From Mobula birostris (taxonomy: Eukaryota): a stretch of DNA of 64,000 bases. The stretch is from positions 22,888,630-22,952,629 of the forward strand of contig NC_092397.1 of NCBI RefSeq assembly GCF_030028105.1. Reading direction: 5' to 3'. A program made the translations under genes and the position numbers. Shown piece by piece: positions 51,345 to 64,000 of the stretch (its first letter is position 1; every line of letters begins with the position of its first letter). Below the pieces are notes generated by a model. The model saw only the letters and a list, made by a program, of their open reading frames with translations. It made no database searches and was not told where the DNA came from.

Positions 51345-53610
51345 TCACCATATTGTTCAAAGTTCAAATTAAAATTTATTCTCACAGTCCATACATGTCA
51401 TCCCAGACAACCCTGAGAATCTTGTTCTGCGGGCAATCTTAACAAATCTATAGAACAGTAACTGTGAACTGTAAATATGAGGAACTATAAACAAATTGTG
51501 TAAATGCAGAGAAATAAATAGCAATAAATTACAAGCATGAAATAACGATATAACAGTGGTGACATGAGTGTTTTGTTCAAGACACTGATGGTTGAGGGGT
51601 AGTAACTGTTCTTGAACCTGGTGGGGCGAGTCCTGAGGTACCTGTACCTTCTACCTGATGGTAACAGTGAGAAAAGATCGTTGCCTGGGTGGTGAGGATC
51701 TTTGCTGATGGACACTGCTTTCCTACGGCAATGTTTCATGTAGATGTGCTCAGTGGTTGTGAGGGTTTTACCTGTGATATACTGGGCCGACTCCACTACC
51801 CTTTGCAGGATTTCCCACTCAAAGGCATTGGTGTTCCTGTATCAGGCTGTAATGCAGCCAGTCAGCACAACTTCCACCACACATTTATATAAGTTTGCCA
51901 AGGTTTTCAATGACATGCTGAACATCCGCAGAGTCCTGAGGAAGTAGAGCGCTGTTGTGCTTTCTTCACAATTATATTTATGCGATGGGTCCAGGACAGG
52001 TCCTCTGAGTGAGTGACACACATGCATTTAAAGTTACTGACCCTCTCCACCTCTGATCATCCTTTGATTACTAGCTCATGGACCTTTGGTTTCTCCCTCC
52101 TGAAGTCTATAATCTGTCCCTTGGTCTTACTGACATTGAGTGAGGGGTCGTTGTTATTACACCACTCAGCAAAGTTTTCAATCTCCCTCCCATTTGCTGA
52201 TTCATCACCACCTTTGATTGTCGTGTAATCAGCAAACTTGTATATGGTGTTGGAGCTGTACTCAGTTACACAGTCATAGGTGTAAAGTGAGTAGAGCTGG
52301 GGGCTAAGCACACTTCATTGTGGTGCTCCTGTGCTGATAGAGATTGTGGAGAAGCTGTTTTTGCTAATCTGAACTGACTTGGATCTGCAACTGAGGAAAT
52401 CCAGGATCCAATTGCACAAGGGGGTATTGAGGCCCAGGTCTGGGAGTTTACTGATCAGTTTTGAGGGGATGACAGTGTTATGTGCTGATCTGTAATCAAT
52501 AAAGGACATCCAGATGTTTGCATCTTTGCTGTCCAGATGTTCCATAGTTGTGTGAAGAGACAACGAGACAGCATCTGCTGTTGCTTCGGTAGGTGAATTG
52601 GAGAGGATCCAAGTCACCATTCAGACAAGAGCTGATATGCTTCAACACCAGCCTCTCAAAACACTTCATCACTGTGGATGTAAGTGCCACTGGGCAATAG
52701 TCATTTAAACAGGTTACCACGCTCCTGTTGGGCACCGATATGATTGAAACTTCCTTGAAGTAGGTGGGTTCCACACACTGCCAGATCGAGAGGTTGAAGG
52801 TATCCGTGAATACACCAGCCAGCTGGTCAGCACAGGTCTTCAGTACTCGGCCAGGTACTCCATCCAGACCGGATGCTTTCCTTGGATTCACTCCCTTGAA
52901 GGCAGCCTGCACGTCATCTTCAGATACTGAGACCAAATGACCATCGGGAGACACGGGCGTGCACGATGGTTCCTCCCTCTTCTGGTGGACAAAGTGAGCA
53001 TAGAAGGCATTGAACTCGTCTGGAACCGAAGCTCTGCTGTCTCCTTTGTCACATGATTTACCTTTGTAGGAGGTTTTGACATATAAACCCTGCCGTGGCT
53101 GTCAAGCATCCCTCTTTTATTCCAGTCTAGTCCGGAATCTCCACGTTGCCTGAGAGATCGTTTCTGGAGATCAAACCTGCACCTCTTGTAGCATTCCTGA
53201 TCTCCAGACTTCAATGCCTCTGACCTGGAACTCAGCAGGTTCTGGATCTCATTGCTCATCCAGGCCTACTGATTTTTGGAAAAGCCTGAATGATTTTGTG
53301 GGGACACACGACTCCACAGCTGTTTTAGTAAAGTCTATAGTGACCCCGGTGTCGTCCTTCAGGTCCTGAGATGAGTTCTTGAACATGGCTCAGCCTGCTG
53401 ACTCAAGGCAATCCTGTAACCGTTCCTCTGCCTCCCAACACCACCCCTCGGTTATCTGGATATCTGGAGCCTTGTTCCTTAGGCTCTGTCTGTGTGCAGG
53501 TAGGAGGAGTACAGCCAAATGATCCTACTTAATGAAATGTGGTCTTGGGAGCAAACGATAGACATTCCTTATCGTAGTGTAGCAGTGGTCCCCTGTGTTG
53601 GGACATCTGG
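51345..53610 (-). mobile_element. Rex1/Babar-type LINE (degenerate)
   Basis: NPRKASGLDGVPGRVLKTCADQLAGVF, CLNDYCPVALTSTVMKCFERLV, STGAPQ, LSPQLYSLYTYDC and KFAD motifs. Confidence 0.85.
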
Positions 53611-53619
53611 CACAACAGG

Positions 53620-54862
53620 TTACTACTTTCAGATTAATTTTCTTTCAGGTATTTACAGGAAAATGAAGACAGTGGAATTTATGAAAACTATAAACAGCAA
53701 AGACTGACAGACAACCAATGTGCAAAAGAAGACAGATCATGCAAATACTAAAGCATAAATATTACTGTGCAATTCAGTTGTGGAGTACTTGAAAGTGGGT
53801 CTGCAGGATATGGAATCAGTTCAGTGAAGATACCTACACCATTTCAAGAGCATGACTGGTGTAGGGTAATAACTCTTCCTGAACCTGGTGGTGTGGGACC
53901 TAAGGCTCCTGTACGTCCTTCCCGATGGCAGCAGTGGAAGAGAGCATGAGGTGGCTGAAGGATGTTGTTGATGATGGATGCAGCTTTCTTGTAGAAGTGC
54001 TGCTTGTAAATGTACTGAATGATGGGGAGGGCTTTGCCTGTGATGTACTGGGATGCATCCACCAGTTAGAAACATGGAAAACCTACAGCACAATACAGGC
54101 CCTTCAGCCCACGATGCCGTGCCAAACCTGTACCTATTTTAGAAATTACCTGGCATTACCCAGAGCCCTTTGTTTTTCTAAGCTCCAAGTACCTATCTAG
54201 GAGTCTCTGAAAATACTCTATTGTATCCGCCTCCACTACCTTTGCCGGTAGCCTATTCCACGCACTCACCATGCTCTGTGTAAAAAAAATTACACCTGAC
54301 ATCTCCACAAATTTCTTGTAGACAGTTTCTTTTCCATTCCTGATCATTGTGTTTCCATATCAGGCCATGATGAAACCAGTCAGGTTACTCTCCACTCTGC
54401 ATCTATATACGTCAAAGTTTGAGATGTCACGCTGATTACACACAGGCAGAGTCTCTGCCCTGCCTGCTTTATAGTGACACTTACTGCTAGTCCCAGGACA
54501 GACCCTCTGAAATGATAATGCTCAGAAATTTAATGTTACTGACTCTCTCCACCTCCAGTCCCCTGATGATGACTGATCCGTGGACGTCCGGTTTCCTGCC
54601 CCTGTGGTCAGTGATCTGCTGATATTGAGTGAGAGGTTGTCGTTGTGGCACCATTCAACCAGATCACACATCTCCCTCCTGAGGGCAAATTTGTCACCAC
54701 CTTTGATTCATCCAACAACAGTGGTGTCATCTGCAAACTTAAATATGTCACTGGGGTTGTACTTAGCCACACAATCACAGGTATAAAGTGAGTAGAGTCA
54801 TGGGCCAAGCACAACCTTGTGGTGCACCAGTGCTGACAGTGATTGCGGAGGAGATGTTGTTG
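53620..54862 (-). mobile_element. Second Rex1/Babar fragment, split by a CR1 tail (~54065-54305)
   Basis: ASQYITGKALP, LLPSGRTYRSLRSHTTRFRKSYYP and KFADDTT remnants. Confidence 0.7.
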
Positions 54863-56516
54863 ACTTTGAATGCAAAGTCTTCACCGTGCAGAGAAATAGA
54901 AATTACAACTGAGGAAGAAGATTACATTAAAATCAGCAAAATATAAGAATGAAAATTAGTTACTTTTCTCACAGAAATGTGAAAACAGGGGGCCCACTTG
55001 TCCATGCTGACATTTGTCAGTCTGCAAGGAGTATTGTGAGCAATGCTGGGCCCTTCATCCAAGGAATGATGTGTTTGCATCGGAGAGGGTCCGGAGCAGG
55101 TTGACAAGAATGACCCCAGGAATGAAAAGGTTAACACATTAGGAGCATTTGATGGCTCTGGGCCTGTACTTGCTGGAGTTCATAAGAATGAGAAGAGAGT
55201 GACATTATAACTACTTGAGTGAACGTGGAGAGGATGTTTCCTGTAGTGGGTTAGTCCAGCACCAGATGGCACACACTCAGAATAGAAGGATGTCTCTTCA
55301 GGAAAGAGATACGAAGACATTTCTTTAGCCAGAGGGTCAGGTACAAGTTCACATCCTCTGTCCCGCACAATATCCCAGCTGTCAGACCTGTGTCCAATCA
55401 CGTCACCTGTATCTACCCCTTTGTAGACTCCTCATCGCTCTTCACAACTCAGTTCCCATCAGTGTTTGTGATCAGCAAGTTCAGAAATCACAGTCAGCTC
55501 TCATTTTCCCCAATCCCCTGTGATGGAGCGGCATATCAAACGTGTCCTGGACATCTCGGTTCAGTGCGTCACTGGGTCCCTTTATCCACAGTTGGTGTTA
55601 CAGCTTCAACCACTCAAATGTGTTTGTTAAACACGGAGTCACTTTCACCAGACTCTGCTGACTTTGCCTGATGGTTTTGTAAGTTGGCAAAAAATTCCTG
55701 CTTTGCTACAGCTCCAAATGTTTTCCTGGTACAAGTGGAGAACACTCAGGTCTGGAGTTTCCTGTTTTCTGCTTTTGCTTCAGACTACAGAATCTGCAGT
55801 TTTTATTGTAATGTTTTACTTCTCTTCTATTTACTTATTTTTCTCCTATTTGGAGCAAAGGAGTTACTCAAAGTGGTCTTCCCTCCAGACACAGACTGGT
55901 TTTGAACCCTGTCATTATTTCCGTCTCCTATCGTGTCTGGATTTTAGTCTCTGATACTCCAGCACTTGGGTCCTGACCATCCTCACCCAGGTCTGCCGTC
56001 ACTGATGAAGTTTATTGATACGGTTCATATAGGCCTCAGTCAGGCCATTTGGCAAATTGGATCCAGAATTGGTTTTGCAATAGGAGACAGAGTGATGGCA
56101 GAGAGTAGTTTTGTGATCAGATGCTGGTGACAAGTGTTGTTCCACATGGATCTGTTCTGGGACCCTTGCTGTTTGTGACACAACTGAGTGATTTGGGAGT
56201 GGATGTTGGAACCGTGAGCAGTAAGTTCACACTGACTCTGAGATGATGGAGTTATTGCTGGTGTGGATGGTCATCTTTGGCTGAAGTGTGACATCGATGT
56301 GTTGATGAAATGAGCCGAGACCAAAACAAATAGATCAGTTGGTGTGAGAATTGGGATTTCCCATCAAACAATCCCAAAACTCCCATAGGGGAGATCAGAG
56401 GGATAATGTGTGTCAACACTACAACAGTCTCATGAAGAGAAAGCGACAACCCTTTCCTCTTCCAGGTTTGTGGCTTTTAAAAGAGTCTTTTGTTGTGTTT
56501 GCTGCCGAGGCCAGGC

Positions 56517-56790
56517 TGAGGCTCGCTTCCGGCGGATGCGATGAGCCAACTGAATGTCTTTGAGCACAAGGGTGACTCGCTTGGTGTGGATGCTGCAAAG
56601 AGCCCGACCAGGTAAGCCTCGTTAATCTCCTACAGGCCTTTGATGGCCGAGCTCTGGAAGCATAGATCGGTTTTGAAGTCCTGCCTGATCTTCTGCACCA
56701 GATGCTGGAAGGGAAGTTTGCGGATGAGCAGCTCGGTCGATTTCTAGTAGCATTGGTTCCCTGTCAGAGTCACGGTGATGGGCCGATAGC
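56517..56790 (-). pseudogene. Histone H3 pseudogene (5'-truncated, non-processed)
   Basis: Minus strand [34 protein letters not shown]...EAYLVG...IHTKRVT...KDIQLAHRIRRKRA with stops and indels. Decayed stem-loop at 56472-56487. Confidence 0.92.
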
Positions 56791-56950
56791 TCCCCAAGAA
56801 TACCCACACAGACACCCAGGGATATTCAGTGCTCCTTTACACTTATCAATTATTTACAGAGTCACAGTGATGGGCCAGTAGTGCCCCAAGAATACGTACA
56901 CAGACACCCAAGAATATTCGGTGCTCCTTTACATTTATCAATTATTTTAC
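56765..56950 (+). repeat. 92-bp tandem duplication
   Basis: CAGAGTCAC.GTGATGGGCC...ATCAATTATTT begins at 56765 and again at 56857. Confidence 0.88.
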
Positions 56951-58074
56951 TGATATGGTGCTTCCATGTCAGCTTATAATCCAGCCACATGCCATAAAAT
57001 CTTACCACTGACACTTATTCAAGAGTTTGACCATATAATTTCAAATCAATTGCTATTGAGGAAGATATGGATGAATAAAGAGGTCTATTGATCATCTTTG
57101 TGAAACACAAAATGTATTTTAGCTACTGAAAGCTTTAAACCCTGTCTATATTCCCACTGTTTGACCTTATTAATCACTAATCACATTCTATATACAATTG
57201 AATTAAATTTTATACCTCTGATCCATAAATCTGCATCATCTGCAAAAGGTCATTTCCCCACCCCAGTACCTATCTCAGAAAAAATATCACTAATCATAAT
57301 ATTAAACAATAAAGGGCTACAAATACTGTCTTATGGGGTCCCATTCTCCACCACATAGAAGCCCAAATATACCTCACGCATCCTTAACTGCCTGAAGCAT
57401 ACAAATAAAAAACTCAGAAAAAAATAATGTAGCCTTCTTCTCACTCCACATTTCTATAATTTAATCCTTTCATAACATACGATATGTTTTTTCAGTACAA
57501 AAATACTGCAATTACAACTTCTTTATTTACCTGTGCTTTCCCAATATCATCTTCCAAACATAAAACTGAATCCAATGTCATTCTACAGTTCCAAAATCCA
57601 CGCTGATAAAATGCTCCATCACCTCTCTTTTCCAAAATATAATTCAACAACTCTATTACCATACGTTCTGTAAGTTTACCGAAATGAGATGGGATATTAA
57701 TGATATTGGTCTATAATTAGAAGGATCCTGTGGGGATTTCCAGGTTTCAGAACAGGTACTACCATTTTCTATAAGGAGGAAATATGGTCTAAACTCCAAA
57801 TATGATTCCAAATTGTTAATATTATCTCAAGAGTTGTAAGCTATATGTTTAAACATACAATCCTACAGCCATCTGACTTGCACTGTTAATAGCATTCTTA
57901 CATTCACACAAATAAACTCTACGTAACTAATACTATCATTGTTACAGCTGGCTTCCAACACATCAGTGTATTCACTTAAAACCTCATCTTGACATCATTT
58001 AGGCTCTTTACTTAAATTACCTTGATTGTGACTTGCAGCAAATGACAAAGCCAGTAACTCAACCTTCTCTATTT

Positions 58075-59096
58075 CAGTAGAGGGGGTACATTCAGATTGG
58101 AGGATCGTGACTAGTGGTGTCCCACAAGGATCTGTTCTGGGACCTCTACTTTTCCTGATTTTTATTGACGACCTGGATGTGGGGGTAGAAGGGTGGGTTG
58201 GCAAGTTTGCAGATGACACAAATGTTGGTGGTGTAGTAGATAGTGTAGAGGATTGTCAAAGATTGCAGAGAGACATTGATAGGATGCAGAAGTGGGCTGA
58301 GAATTGGCAGATGGAGTTCAAGCCTGAGAAATCTGAGGTGGTACACTTTGGAAGGACAAACTCCAAGGCAGAGTACAAAGTAAATGCTAGGATGCTTGGT
58401 AGCATGGAGGAGCAGAGGGATCTGGGGGTACATGTCCACAGATTCCCTGAAAGTTGCCTCACAGGTGGATAGGGTAGTTAAGAAAGCATATGGGGTGTTA
58501 GCTTTCATAAGTCGAGGGATAGAGTTTAAGAGTCACGATGTAATGATGCAGCTCTATATAACACTGCTTAGGCCACACTTGGAGTACTGTGTCCAGTTCT
58601 GGTTGCCTCACTATAGGAAGGATGCGGAAGCATTGGAAAGGGTACAGAGGAGATTTACCAGGATGCTGCCTGGTTTAGAGAGTATGCATTATGATCAGAG
58701 ATTAAGGGAGCTAGGGCTTTACTCTTTGGAGAGAAGGAGGATGACAGGAGACATGATGGAGGTGTACAAGATAATAAGAGGAATAGATTGAGTGGATAGC
58801 CAGCACCACTTCCCCAGGGCACCACTGCTCAATGTAAGAGGACATGGCGTTAAGGTGAGGGGTGGGAAGTTCAAGGGGGATATTAGAGGAAGGTATTTTA
58901 TTCAGAGTGGTTGGTGTGTGGAATGCACTGCCTGAGTCAGTGGTGGAGGCAGATACACTAGTGAGGTTTAAGAGACTACTAGACAGGTATATGGAGGAAT
59001 TTAAAGTGGGGGCTTATATGGGAGGCAGGGTTTGAAGGTCGGCACAACATTGTGGGCCGAAGGGCCTGTACTGTGCTGTACTGTTCTATGTTCTAA
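58075..59096 (+). mobile_element. 5'-truncated CR1 nested in the I/Nimb-like LINE
   Basis: TSGVPQGSVLGPLLF...KFADDT, RPHLEYCVQFW and a TTCTATGTTCTA tail. Confidence 0.9.
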
Positions 59097-60559
59097 TAAT
59101 CACCTTCTTTAATCAATACTGGAATGTTATTAACCCGATGAACCCCACACCCCGATTTTCTGAATCATTCCCCAAACACCTCCAAGTTTAGTATCCTGTC
59201 CAATACTATCACAAGATGACCTCCAGTAAACCTCTTTCACAACCTTCACCACTTTCCTCACCATAGCTTGTACCCTTTCATACTTAATAAAGTCACTCGG
59301 AGAATGATAATTCTCAGCTCTCCCAAATACCTTATTTCTCTCCCTAATTCCCTCTGCACACTCCCCCATCCACCAAGGTGCAGTCTTCCTCCTATTAATG
59401 TCATTTTTAACAGGCAACACTTCCACCGCAGTTTGATGAATAAAGTGACATCACCATTCATTGCAGAAACCCCTATCAGCCTCAACATTCTCCCAGTTTG
59501 CTTCATCAAAATTCCACTTCCTAAAAACAGTCTCCTGCCCCCTATATAACTCCAAACCCATGCTTATAAATATAGGAAAATAATCACTCCCCATTGTCTC
59601 CTCACCCATAACATCTCATTTAGTCACTCCAGCCAGAATGTTTGAAACTGGAGTTAAATTTATAGCAGTTTTCAGATGATTAGAAACATTACATTTCATA
59701 CCCCTCCCATCATTAAAGCACACAAGATTGGAAATACCTAAACATTCTTCTACAATCAAACAGTTCCATGAATGACCCCACAGTGAACTGTGCACAAAAA
59801 TCCCCGCACCATACAACCCTTAGTGAGCTAGAGTGACATATGCTTTCCAACAAATCAATCAAAAGCTCTCCACAAGAGTTTTACCACTTTAGTACCCCTA
59901 CCTGTTGAATCAAATGCTTCTGCTACAAACACCTCATACACTTCATTCACATCCACAACTCTGTGTCCTGCCCCTTCCCATGTTAAACGTGCAACACCAC
60001 CCCCTCTATCACCTAACCTATCATGCCATACTGCAATATAATTTCCTGTAAAGGAAATGCAGTAACAGCCCGGTTTCACATTAGGCCGATTTGATGAATC
60101 AGAAATAAACTTCCTAATGTCTTGACCATCGAATTTCTCTCATTCCACTGCAATATTCTTAATCCCATTCTGTACCTGCACAAAGAGACTGAACTACAGA
60201 TACCCCATCCATCAGAGCTTCTTTTACAGTTTCCCATGAAACACTAGTTATACCTAGATACCTTGCAGCAGCTTTCACAATAATTTTAATTTTCTCAGTA
60301 TGTCTAGATGACTGAACAGTACAATTCACCACACCTTTTATAAACATCACAAACTTCATTTCATTGACTAGTAAAGTATCTTTATTAATGGACCTGTGAA
60401 GTGACACATAGCCGCTGACTTCATATTCTGTCTGACTGGTTATACTTGATCAACATTTGGTTTAACTGTGTTGCAAGGCCTCTGTTTAAGACACACCTAA
60501 CTGTACTTTAACCTGTTCAACCAGCTGCTTTCTTAAGTACTGTACTTCACATCTTTGTA

Positions 60560-61345
60560 ACATGGTGTGAGCTGAATTATCTGCAGCTTAATGTGAAAAA
60601 GACAAAGGAGCTGGTGGTAGACCTGAGGAGAGCTAAGGTACTGGTGACCCCTGTTTCCATCCAGGGGGTCAGTGTGGACATGGTGGAGGATTACAAATAC
60701 CTAGGGATACGAATTGACAATAAACAGGACTGGTCAAAGAACACTGAGGCTGTCTACAAGAAGGGACAGAGCCATCTCTATTTCCTGAGAAGACTGAGGT
60801 CATTTAACATCTGCCAGACGATGCTGAGGATGTTCTACAAGTCTGTGGTGGCCAGTGCTATCATGTTTGCTGTTGTGTGCTGGGGCAGCAGGCTGAGTGT
60901 AGCAGACACCAACAGAATCAACAAACTCATTTGTAACACCAGTGATGTTGTGGGGATGGAACTGGACTCTCTCACGGTGGTGTCTGAAAGGAGGATGCTG
61001 TCCAAGTTGCATGCCATCTTGGACAATGTCTCCCATCCACTACATAATGTACTGGGTGGGCACAGGAGTACATTCAGCCAGAGACTCATTCCACCGAGAT
61101 GCAACACAGAGCGTCATAGGATGTCATTCCTGCCTGTGGCCATCAAACTTTACAACTCCTCCCATGGAGGGTCAGACACCCTGAGCCAATAGGCTGGTCC
61201 TGGACTTATTTCATAACTTACTGGCATAATTTACATATTACTATTAAACTATTTATGGTTCTATAACTATTTATTATTTATGGTGCAACAGTAATGAAAA
61301 CCAATTTCCCTCGGGATCAATAAAGTATGACTATGACTATGACTA
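60560..61345 (+). mobile_element. Young Rex1/Babar-type 3' fragment
   Basis: Stop-free 199-aa C-terminus (KTKELVVDLRR...YKYLG...YFLRRLRSFN...SFLPVAIKLYN), with AATAAA and a (TATGAC)n tail. Confidence 0.85.
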
Positions 61346-61632
61346 GACTGCACTATGTTCTCCTCTACAATTACACCAGTCAAACTTTACACCTTCACAA
61401 TCTTCATATTAAGTTTCCCACAACACTAACTACACCTTAGTTTTCCAGGAGATACTGCCACAAGATGCCCAAATCTCTGACATTGTGACATCTAAGCAGA
61501 GGTGGAATATGTGCTCGTGCATTATAACTAACATACCCCATACTAACTTTACTTGAAAGCTTCACCTCATCAAAATATATCAATGCAGTTAAACTGTCCA
61601 TGTTTTCTCCATTTCAAACTACTTGCAATCTC

Positions 61633-61850
61633 TGCAACACACACAAAAAATGCTGGTGAACGCAGCAGGCCAGGCAGCATCTATAGGAAGGGGTACAGTC
61701 GACGTTTCGGGCGAGTCCTGACGAAGGGTCTCGGTCCGAAACGTCGACTGTAACTCTTTCTATAGACGCTGCCTGACCTGCTGCGTTCACCAGCACTTTT
61801 GTGTGTGTGTTGCTTGAATTTGCAGTATCTGCAGATATCCTCGTGTTTGC
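61633..61850. mobile_element. Fold-back Penelope-derived element
   Basis: About 78-bp inverted arms (61633-61711 and 61736-61813) around a hammerhead core. Confidence 0.8.
61714..61749 (+). ncRNA. Minimal type-I hammerhead ribozyme motif (Penelope-type)
   Basis: Stem I AGTC/GACT, core CTGACGA, stem II GGG-TCTCGG-TCC, GAAA, palindromic ACGT replacing stem III, and a GTC cleavage triplet ending at 61745. Confidence 0.8.
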
Positions 61851-62089
61851 ACTTGTAATCTATTTACATTCTTAATCTCTTTATCGAAATCTCCACCAGA
61901 ACACCTGTCCTAACACCCCGATACCTGTATTTTCATTAGGCAACACAGATACCATCTTTTTTAACCAAATAAAGTCTTCAAATGTAATGCCTTCTCACAG
62001 TTTCTTATCTTAACGATTAGCACATCACCTCCCCTTAAGGTTTGAGCACAATCTATATTCCCTAAAATAGTTATCAAATTTAGTTAATT

Positions 62090-62245
62090 TCAAATGAGAA
62101 AACGTGCAGATGCTGGAAATCCAAGCTACACAAATGAAATGCCGGAGGAACTGAGGACTGATGAATGGTCTCGGTCTGAAATGTCGACTGAACTCTTTTC
62201 TATAGATGCTGTTGAATTCCTCCAGCATTTTGTGTATTGCTGCAG
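62090..62245. mobile_element. Fold-back Penelope-derived element with degenerate hammerhead
   Basis: CTGATGA-ATGGTCTCGGTCT-GAAATGTC-GACTG at 62158-62190, between inverted arms. Confidence 0.65.
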
Positions 62246-62529
62246 TTAATTTAATGGGATTGGTAAAATAAATCTGTTTCGGGTAAAATTTAAACAGTAC
62301 CTTGAAGTCTTCTTTCCTTTTTTCAGTATCCTCTCAAATCTCTTGAAATGATTGCAATATTGTTTTCCTTTTTCTGTTTTACAGATCTAGATCCAACTTC
62401 ATTCCAACCTCTTACCGCACTCACCCGGACCCCTTATTTCCGGTTCCTTTTCCAGACACTCTTCGCCCCCACCCCCAACCTGAACTTACTTTATTTCCCA
62501 TCATCCCCGCACATTCACAGCCAGCGCCA

Positions 62530-62740
62530 CCAACGCTACTGAGCCAATCAGCAACTCGCACCGTTTTCAGGTATTTTGCTGTCAATCAGGTCTAGGGGCG
62601 GAGCTACAAACCGAATGTTCACGTGTTGTAATGACGTCACAAAATCAATCGTACCTTCCCCGCCCCCAAGTTCATTTTCTGAACGTCTGTTCAGCGGGTC
62701 CAGTGTTGCGGGAGGGGCAGGGTGGCTTTAAACCCGGCGT
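62530..62740 (+). promoter_or_regulatory. Promoter-like module (CCAAT, GC box, E-box, CRE)
   Basis: GCCAATCA, GGGGCGGAG, CACGTG at 62620-62625 and TGACGTCA at 62632-62639. Confidence 0.5.
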
Positions 62741-63059
62741 TACACATTCCATGGCATCGTTCTCTCCAAAGTGTTTCAGCTGTTCCTTTGCCTGTCTTCT
62801 CCACACAGTCAACCAGACAAACTGAGAGAGTGCGGGAGTTCATATCTCACGGCAGCAGTCTCTGTATAATGTTTCGGAGTGACGGATTCGGTCATTGAGT
62901 GTAACGTCAAACGGCCTTGAGATACAGACGTCGTGAGGGAAAAGTGAAAACAAAATGATGAATGTCCCTTGTTCTCGGGAAACTCTCCAGTTTTGGGCTA
63001 TTTGCACACTAGATTGTCCCATATTATAATCCCGTCTTCATTTGAAGCAGGAAAACGGT

Positions 63060-63131
63060 CTCCTCGTTGGCGAAATGAACCTTGGTCTCCCGCGTGACAG
63101 GCGGGGATACTAACCGCTGAACCAGCGAGGA
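63060..63131 (-). tRNA. tRNA-Asp(GTC), probably a pseudogene
   Basis: TCCTCGC...AGTATCCCCGCCTGTCACGCGGGAGAC...ACGAGGAG, 72 nt. Anticodon arm intact, T-stem disrupted, TTTT terminator downstream. Confidence 0.85.
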
Positions 63132-63639
63132 ATAAACAAGAGTATGGAACCTGTCACACGGATGTCAGTGTATAGGAGAACTCATAGAGTCACTCTGATG
63201 TTTGTTTGCTGAGTGTAGAGCTGGTGCATTTTACCCATCCGCTCCTCACTTTGTGACTGGACGGGTCTCAGGATTCATTAGCGATTCAGTCACTTACCGT
63301 GTTCAAGGACTGGGCAAAAGAGGGGATCCCATTAACGTCTAACTGCGTGTTGTTTGAACGGATACTTATAATCAGGATTTGTTTCCCTTTTACTGATACG
63401 TGAAGCAGGAAACCATTTGTAGCCCTTCGAATCTCTCGGGTCGATTCTCCCTTCAGTTGGATCCCAGGTGCTGTGTTTCTCCGGTCTGTCGGAACGTCGC
63501 GACACCCACTGGTCGGAATAGGAACTGCAACAGAGTGAGGAACGATCCTTCAGAAAACAGCTCAGACACTGAGAATCGAGTTACAGAATCTGATAGCACC
63601 AGAGACCATTCAGTAACCGAATCTGGTTTGCATCATGGG

Positions 63640-63711
63640 GCGATGGTGGTATAGTGGTGAGCATAGCTGCTTCCCAAGCAGTTGACACGGTTTCCATTCC
63701 CGGCCATTGCA
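63640..63711 (+). tRNA. tRNA-Gly (TCC-type body, anticodon reads CCC), probably a pseudogene
   Basis: GCGATGGTGGTATAGTGGTGAGCATAGCTGCTTCCCAAGCAGTTGACACGGTTTCCATTCCCGGCCATTGCA. A box intact, B box altered. Confidence 0.85.
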
Positions 63712-64000
63712 GGTTGTACACTTTCAGGCTAAAAAAAAATCCCTCGCCAAGCACCATGAACGCAGAACTCTAATTCCTGAGCAATTTGTTCTGACTGAAA
63801 TTCACTCTAATGGATCTGATGAATTCCTCATGTACGATGGTGGTGGTCCCTCATGTAGGATGATCGAGGACCCCAAACTGAATGAGAAAAACAGCATTAG
63901 ACCAGGGAAGTCGGTTAGTTCCACGGACTCCGCTGTAGGAAACACACACTTTCTGGTCAAATCGAACATACATTTTCCTGACCAAAGACATGACCTGCCC

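Larger units (their letters stand above)
56950..62520 (-). mobile_element. Long decayed I/Nimb-like LINE with nested insertions
   Basis: RT VVENGTP*DSICSPLLFNIMISDIF...FADDADLW (~57230-57355), TAPWWMGECAEGIRERNK and APE remnants (59100-60150), and ORF1-like sequence beyond. Confidence 0.65.

Noticed and set aside
63545-63870. Short imperfect direct repeats near the Gly tRNA (~33-bp pair; CCTCATGTA.GATG twice)
   Set aside because: Too short and degenerate to interpret.

Overview
Eukaryotic, CpG-depleted, repeat-dense vertebrate DNA. The repeat complement (CR1 with (TTCTATG)n tails, Rex1/Babar, Penelope, IR/DR Tc1) suggests a cartilaginous fish; this is an inference. The window holds a replication-dependent histone cluster with seven intact, intronless genes, each ending in the 16-nt stem-loop: H4(+), H2B(+), H2B(+), H2A(+), a divergent Cys-containing H1(+), H3.2(-) and H4(-). 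Traces of histone gene turnover include an H3 pseudogene, orphan H4 and H2A promoters, a decayed H4 3' end, and an inverted segmental duplication of at least 5.8 kb. Also present are a decayed C2H2 zinc-finger exon, two related CRE/E-box promoter modules, two tRNA-like genes (Asp, Gly) at the right end, a solo LTR and a CpG-rich 27-bp minisatellite. The most unusual signal is a dispersed family of about 11 short Penelope-derived elements. Several are fold-back palindromes carrying minimal type-I hammerhead ribozyme motifs, and one (61714-61749) has an intact catalytic core. TE boundaries are read by eye and are approximate.
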